From positions 1,504,001-1,568,000 of the forward strand of contig OZ243956.1 in assembly GCA_965214405.1 (NCBI GenBank): DNA of 64,000 bases, in the 5' to 3' direction. Made by a program: the position numbers and the translations under genes. How positions within the stretch are numbered: position 1 is the first letter of the stretch; each line of letters opens with the position of its first letter. Positions 58,959 to 64,000 of this stretch are shown one piece after another. The notes under the pieces were generated by a model. The model worked only from the letters and a program-made list of their open reading frames with translations. It was not told where the DNA came from and did no database searches. This DNA is from Trueperaceae bacterium. GTDB taxonomy: Bacteria > Deinococcota > Deinococci > Deinococcales > Trueperaceae.

Positions 58959-61251
58959 CGTCAGCATCCCTACTACCAATGTCTTTGTTGCTGGTGTCGG
59001 CGTTCGCCCGGAGCTTTAACAGCGCGTAGACCGCGACGCCGACCACCGCCAGCACAGTAATCTCGCCCATCGTATCGTAACCGCGGATATCGACCAAGAT
59101 CACGTTGACGACGTTGTAGCCGCCGCCCTCGGTTTTACTGACCGTTAAAAAGTAGTCCTTGAGCCGCTCCCCGATAGGCGTCTGCACCGCGACGAGCAGC
59201 GTAAAAAGGGTGACGCCGACGCCGCCCGCGAGCACCGCGTCAAAGCCCGCCGCGCGGAGCGAGCGCCCGTAGCGCGACAAGAGGGGCAGGTAGCGGAACA
59301 CCGACAAAAAGAGAATCACCGTGACCGTTTCGATTAAAAGCTGCGTCAAGGCCAGGTCGGGCGCGCGGAGGAGCACGAACAGCAAGGTCGAGGCGAACCC
59401 GGCCAGGCCCGTAAAAATGAGCGCGCTGAGGCGGGTTTTGGCGATGAGCACGCCGACGACGCTCGAGACCACCAAGAGCGCCGCCACCCAGAACTCTACG
59501 GGCACGGGCGTGAGCGCGTCCAAGGGAAGAAGCAGGTAACGCCAGCCCAGCCCCAACCCCACCGCCGCAAAGGGCAGCCAAATAAGCCGCACGTGCGCCG
59601 CAAACCCCGCCCCCTGCGTAAGCTGCGTGACGCCGTGGGAAAACCGCTCCAAACCGTTCACGAGCGCGTAGTACACGGTGTTGGCGTTCCAGTCCGGCGT
59701 CAGCGCCTCTTGGAATGCGGCGAAGCGGTCGCGCAGGAGGTGAAGGACCACCCCAAGCCCCCAGGTAAGGATGGACAACTGCAAGGCGGTGTTAAATCCG
59801 TGCCAGAGCGCCAAATATTCGCCCTCGTAGCCAAAGGTGGGCGCGGCGAGGCTTGTAAACCAGGTGGCCGTTAGGGGGAGAACGCCAAAAAGAACCGTCG
59901 CCACGCTCAAAGGCACCACCGGCAGCCACAGCGCGGGCGGCGCTTCGTGGACGTTGGGCCTGGCGCACACGTAAGGGCCGAAAAAAACCTTGAGAAAGCG
60001 CAGGCTGTAGGCAAAGGTCATGATGCTGCCTGCCACCGCGATGAGAATGGGCAGCGTGCCGTCGTGAAGCATCTCCTCGTAAAAGAGCTCTTTGGAGATA
60101 AAGCCTCCCAGCGGCGGTAAGCCCGCCATCGACAGCGCGGCGGGCACCGCCAGCAAACACGTGAGGGGCAGCTTGCGCCGCAGCCCCGAGAGTTTGGTGA
60201 TGTCGCGGCTCCCGGTTTCGTGGTCGATGATGCCGACGACCATAAACAAGCACGCCTTGAAAGCTGCGTGGTTGATGAGGTGCGCGGTCGCCGCGAACGG
60301 GTGCCCCGCGCCGTAGAGCGCCATCATCAGGCCCAACTGCGACACGGTCGAGTAGGCGAGGAGCGCCTTGAGGTCGCTCTGTCTGATGGCTAAATACGAG
60401 CCCCAGAACATCGTCGCTAAGCCCACGTAGAGAATCACGCTCATCACGGGCGTGTCCGCCCACAAGAAGCCGAACTTGGCGACCAAAAACACCCCCGCCT
60501 TGACCATCGTCGCGGAGTGCAGATAGGCCGAGACGGGCGTGGGCGCTTCCATCGCGGTGGGCAGCCAGAGGTGAAAGGGGAGCTGCGCGGACTTGGTAAA
60601 GGCCGCGACGAGCAAGAGGACCACCGCGGGCCAAAAGTAAGAACTCGAGCGCAACGCCTCCACATCGAGCGTCGAGAGGTTAAGGCTGCCTCCGCCTAAT
60701 GACAGGAGAATCACGCCCGCCAAGAGCGCGAGCCCGCCCACCGCGGTAATCACGAACGCCTTGAGCGCGCCGTCTTGCGAAGCTTTGCGAAAATCCCAAA
60801 AGCCGATGAGCAAAAACGAGCTGATCGAGGTGAGTTCCCAAAAGGCGAACAAGGCGACGAGGTTGTCCGCCAAGACGAGCCCCAGCATCGCCCCGCCGAA
60901 AAGGAGCAAATAGGTGTAAAAGCGTCCGTGCCGCTCCTCTTTGCCCAGATAAGCCGACGCGTAGAGCGTCACCAAAACGCCGATGCCCGACACGACGAGG
61001 GCAAAGGTGAGCGAGAAGCCGTCGCCGCGCAGGCCCAGCTCGAGCCCGATGCCCGGCACCCAGGAGAGGCTGGCGAGCGCGGGCAAGGCCGCTTTTGCCG
61101 CGTCCGTGAGGGTAAGGAGCATAAGCCCAGGCGCAAAAGCGAGCGCCAGAACGAGGCCCGCCTTGGCTCCCAGCCACCGCGCCAAAGGCCCCGCGAGAGG
61201 TGCCGCCACAAAGGGCGTCAAGACCGCGGCCAACAGAAGAAAGCTCACCAC
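58951..61251 (-). CDS. mrpA: Na+/H+ antiporter subunit A
   Basis: FWELTSISSFLLIG, TKSAQLPFHLWLP, PTPVSAYLHSATMVKAG and NVVNVILVDIRGYDTMGE motifs. Confidence 0.95.
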   Translation of the reverse strand: MVSFLLLAAVLTPFVAAPLAGPLARWLGAKAGLVLALAFAPGLMLLTLTDAAKAALPALASLSWVPGIGLELGLRGDGFSLTFALVVSGIGVLVTLYASAYLGKEERHGRFYTYLLLFGGAMLGLVLADNLVALFAFWELTSISSFLLIGFWDFRKASQDGALKAFVITAVGGLALLAGVILLSLGGGSLNLSTLDVEALRSSSYFWPAVVLLLVAAFTKSAQLPFHLWLPTAMEAPTPVSAYLHSATMVKAGVFLVAKFGFLWADTPVMSVILYVGLATMFWGSYLAIRQSDLKALLAYSTVSQLGLMMALYGAGHPFAATAHLINHAAFKACLFMVVGIIDHETGSRDITKLSGLRRKLPLTCLLAVPAALSMAGLPPLGGFISKELFYEEMLHDGTLPILIAVAGSIMTFAYSLRFLKVFFGPYVCARPNVHEAPPALWLPVVPLSVATVLFGVLPLTATWFTSLAAPTFGYEGEYLALWHGFNTALQLSILTWGLGVVLHLLRDRFAAFQEALTPDWNANTVYYALVNGLERFSHGVTQLTQGAGFAAHVRLIWLPFAAVGLGLGWRYLLLPLDALTPVPVEFWVAALLVVSSVVGVLIAKTRLSALIFTGLAGFASTLLFVLLRAPDLALTQLLIETVTVILFLSVFRYLPLLSRYGRSLRAAGFDAVLAGGVGVTLFTLLVAVQTPIGERLKDYFLTVSKTEGGGYNVVNVILVDIRGYDTMGEITVLAVVGVAVYALLKLRANADTSNKDIGSRDADDE

Positions 61252-61341
61252 TTCACCGTCGGCCCGATCTTATAAACAGTAAACAAACAATCAACAGTTT
61301 CCTCATAAATGGTGATAAATGGTGTGACCTTTGCGGTTGAT

Positions 61342-61388
61342 AGGGTTGGCTCGGCCTCTTCTGTTCAAGCAAAACGCGACTCACCCCT
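61342..61388 (-). promoter_or_regulatory. Candidate nhaA-I-like (monovalent cation) riboswitch in the mrp leader
   Basis: Minus strand reads AGGGGUGAGUCGCGUUUUGCUUGAACAGAAGAGGCCGAGCCAACCCU immediately after the -10 box TAAAGT (61396-61391). The resemblance is judged from memory of the motif. Confidence 0.3.
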
Positions 61389-61402
61389 CCACTTTACCCG
61401 AG

Positions 61403-61432
61403 AAAAGCGCGGCAGGAGCACTCGCTCCTGCC
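61403..61432 (-). terminator. Hairpin / probable terminator after the DsbA-like gene
   Basis: GGCAGGAGC-loop-GCTCCTGCC followed after 4 nt by TTTT on the minus strand. Confidence 0.55.
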
Positions 61433-61485
61433 AGATTTTCAGAACGTTTGGCTTGTAGCCCTTCCCTCAAAACCTCGCCTCAATT

Positions 61486-62616
61486 TTAGTTGGAGCCCCC
61501 GCCAGTACCTCCCCCAATACCTCCACTGTCGCCCCCGCCAGAAACTCCACCAGAACCTCCGTCAGAAAACGCGTCAACCAAGCTAAAGGCCCGCTCGTAA
61601 CTCGCCGGGTCGTTAAAGTTCTCCACCCGAAAGCCGTTGACAAAAACCGACGGCGTGCCGCGTAACCCGAGCGTGACCGCCGCTTGATAGGCCGCCTCGA
61701 TTTCGCTTGAAAAGGTGCGGTTCTGGATGCAGGCCTCGAGCCCGTCCGTCTCTAGACCCACGTCCTGCGCCAGACGCACAAAGTAGGCGGTGGGGTCGCT
61801 TAAGCCCGCCCACGCTTGTTGGCGTTCAAAAAGCGCGTCGTGATAGGTCCAAAAGGCGTCGGGCGTGTTCACGCTGGTCACGCATTCGGCGGCTTCGGCG
61901 GCGGGCACGGCGTTGGCGTGGATGCTCTGGAGCGGGAAGTCGTGGTATTCGAAACGCACGTCGCCGCGTGAGAGCAGCGTTTCTTTGAGGCCCGGCAGCG
62001 TCTGGGTGGCGTACTGCGCGCAAAAGGGGCACTGAAAATCGCTGAATTCACGAATCACGTAACGCGCGTCACTCGGCCCTACCGTGTGAGTGCCGACGGG
62101 AAAAAGGTCGGTCGGGACTTCTTGGAGCGCCAGAGAAAAAGTTGCCTGAAGACCGGACATAGCGCCACCAGACACAGCGCCACCGGATGCGGCCCCGCCT
62201 GACGCATCCCCACCCGACGTTCCAGGCGTTCCAGACACGTCCCCAGAGACGTCCAGCGTAAGCTCAAACTCTTGAACCGCCAGCTTGACCGGACCCTGCC
62301 CGACGAGTTCGCCCGCCCTGGCTCCCAAAAATTCCGCCAAGGGCGTGGCGATGCTCTCCCCGTAGCCCGTGGCCGCGCCGACGAGGGTGGCGAGGGATTG
62401 GGTGCCCACGTCCGTAAGCGCCGCTTGTCCCGAAACCTCGTAGAGCACGTTGTTGCGCGCCTCGAGCGTGAACCGCGCGCCGCCCATTTTGTACGCGTCT
62501 CCTTCTTGTACCGCCTGAGGAAGCGCCTGCAAGGTGTTTTCGGGCGGGAGGCCAATCTGCGCGTAAGCGCTAGCGCCTGCGCAAAAGACGAGCATAAGAG
62601 CTAAAAACCGTTTCAT
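61486..62616 (-). CDS. Exported DsbA/BdbD-like thioredoxin-fold protein with N-terminal extra domain
   Basis: Signal peptide, EFSDFQCPFC, HDFPL, AAEAAEC, cis-Pro loop RGTPSVFVNG; Gly-rich linkers. Confidence 0.88.
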   Translation of the reverse strand: MKRFLALMLVFCAGASAYAQIGLPPENTLQALPQAVQEGDAYKMGGARFTLEARNNVLYEVSGQAALTDVGTQSLATLVGAATGYGESIATPLAEFLGARAGELVGQGPVKLAVQEFELTLDVSGDVSGTPGTSGGDASGGAASGGAVSGGAMSGLQATFSLALQEVPTDLFPVGTHTVGPSDARYVIREFSDFQCPFCAQYATQTLPGLKETLLSRGDVRFEYHDFPLQSIHANAVPAAEAAECVTSVNTPDAFWTYHDALFERQQAWAGLSDPTAYFVRLAQDVGLETDGLEACIQNRTFSSEIEAAYQAAVTLGLRGTPSVFVNGFRVENFNDPASYERAFSLVDAFSDGGSGGVSGGGDSGGIGGGTGGGSN

Positions 62617-62649
62617 CGTTCCTCCGTTTTGGTGGGCATCAAGGAATGT

Positions 62650-64000
62650 CTATTTGAGCCCGTACAGCGCGCCGAATTTGGTGTTGAGGTAGCGAATGTA
62701 AGGCTTCGCGTCCAGCTCGCTGCCGGTGGCGCGCTTCAGGAGTTCGGCGGGTTCATATTTAGAACCGTGCTGGTGGACGTTCTCGCGGAGCCAGCCGAGG
62801 AGCGTGCCGAACTTCCCGCGCGCGGTCTCACTGTCGATCTCGGGATGCGCCCGTTTGGCGGCCTCGAAAAGCTGCACGCTCATGATGTTGCCTAGCGTGT
62901 AGGTCGGGAAGTAGCCGATGAGCCCGATGGACCAGTGGATGTCTTGCAAACAGCCCTCCGCGTCGTTTGGTGGGGTGACGCCCAGGTAGTCTTGATATTT
63001 GGCGTTCCAGGCTTCGGGTAGGTTTTCGACCTCGAGCGAGCCCTCGAGCAGCGCGAGCTCCAACTCGAAACGCACCATCACGTGCAGGTTATAGGTCACC
63101 TCGTCGGCCTCGACGCGAATCAAGCTCGGCTCGACCCGGTTGACCGCGCCGTAGAACGCGTCCAAGGAAACCTCGCCTAGCGCCTCCGGGAAGAGTTCTC
63201 GCAAGCGCGGGTACGCGTGGGTCCAGAAACCGTAGGAGCGGCCCACCAAGTTTTCCCAGAGCCGCGACTGCGACTCGTGAAGGCCCAGACTCACGGCGTG
63301 GCCCAGCGGGTCGCGCGCGTGCGCCTCGGGCAGGCCCTGCTCGTACATCGCGTGGCCCGCCTCGTGCATGGTGCCGAACAGGGCGGGGTTGAGAAAGTTC
63401 GGCTCGTAACGCGTGGTGATGCGCACGTCGCCGCGGCCAATCTGCGTGGCGAAGGGATGGACGGTGCGGTCCAAGCGGCCCTTTGAAAAGTCGTAACCAA
63501 AATCCTTGACCACCTCGACGCCGAACTGTTCTTGTTTACCCTCGTCAAAGGTTCGGTGGACGGGCGCGTCGCTCACTTTGGCGCTGCGCGCGGCGATGGC
63601 CTTGACCAAAGGCACGGTGGCGTCGCGGAGTTCGGCGAACACGGTCCTGACGCGTTCCACCGTCGAGCCGCGCTCATAGAGGTCGTGGAGCGCGTTGTAG
63701 GGGTGGTCATCAAAACCCAGATAGTCCGCGTAGCGGCGGCTGTGCTCGAGCACGCTTTTTAGCGCGGGCGCAAAAGGCGAAAAGTCCGACTTTGAGCGCG
63801 CCTCGGCCCAAATGCCTTGACTCTCGGAGGTCACGTGAGCAAACGACTCGACAAAGTCGCGGGGGAGCTTCGTCGCTTGGTCGTAGTTGCGCTTCGTCAC
63901 GCGCGATAGCGCGGCCTCGTCGCTTCCCTCGTCGAAAGTACCCTGCAAGCTTTCTAAAAGCTCACCCACGCGGGGGTCCGCCAACCGCTCGTGATGAAGC
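62650..64000 (-). CDS. Carboxypeptidase M32 (carboxypeptidase Taq family), 5' end outside the window
   Basis: HPF, DVRITTR, HEAGHAMYEQG, HESQ, IRVEADE, GCLQDIHW and GYFPTY motifs. Confidence 0.95.
   Translation of the reverse strand, partial: LHHERLADPRVGELLESLQGTFDEGSDEAALSRVTKRNYDQATKLPRDFVESFAHVTSESQGIWAEARSKSDFSPFAPALKSVLEHSRRYADYLGFDDHPYNALHDLYERGSTVERVRTVFAELRDATVPLVKAIAARSAKVSDAPVHRTFDEGKQEQFGVEVVKDFGYDFSKGRLDRTVHPFATQIGRGDVRITTRYEPNFLNPALFGTMHEAGHAMYEQGLPEAHARDPLGHAVSLGLHESQSRLWENLVGRSYGFWTHAYPRLRELFPEALGEVSLDAFYGAVNRVEPSLIRVEADEVTYNLHVMVRFELELALLEGSLEVENLPEAWNAKYQDYLGVTPPNDAEGCLQDIHWSIGLIGYFPTYTLGNIMSVQLFEAAKRAHPEIDSETARGKFGTLLGWLRENVHQHGSKYEPAELLKRATGSELDAKPYIRYLNTKFGALYGLK

Overview
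A GC-rich (about 60-65% by eye) bacterial chromosomal segment, inferred to come from a Truepera-like member of the Deinococcota. The inference rests on an SLH/beta-barrel S-layer-type protein, an M32 carboxypeptidase, malQ, and many leaderless TANNNT-N5/6-ATG promoters. Most genes are housekeeping or metabolic: malQ, ABC permeases, lutABC, ispH, ROK kinase-ackA-rarA, aspC, ndk, typA, a complete mrpABCDEFG Na+/H+ antiporter operon and a DsbA-like protein. There is also an AbrB/RelE toxin-antitoxin pair, a split exopolysaccharide locus, several secreted proteins and lipoproteins, and several pseudogenes. I found no tRNA, rRNA, CRISPR array, intact transposase or prophage. The most interesting signals are non-coding: (1) a variant ykkC-family riboswitch, subtype-2-like and lacking the canonical guanidine-I 3' end, in front of a YdcZ-type DMT transporter; (2) strong over-representation of the palindrome CTCGAG, like a highly iterated palindrome (HIP), together with STRR-like heptamer repeats; (3) pervasive 9-15 bp tandem duplications that expand proteins and in one case inactivate a gene; (4) a leaderless 17-codon uORF coupled to the ROK sugar kinase; (5) candidate structured leaders before the mrp operon and a Vut_1 queuosine-precursor transporter. 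All calls come from reading the sequence; no searches were run.
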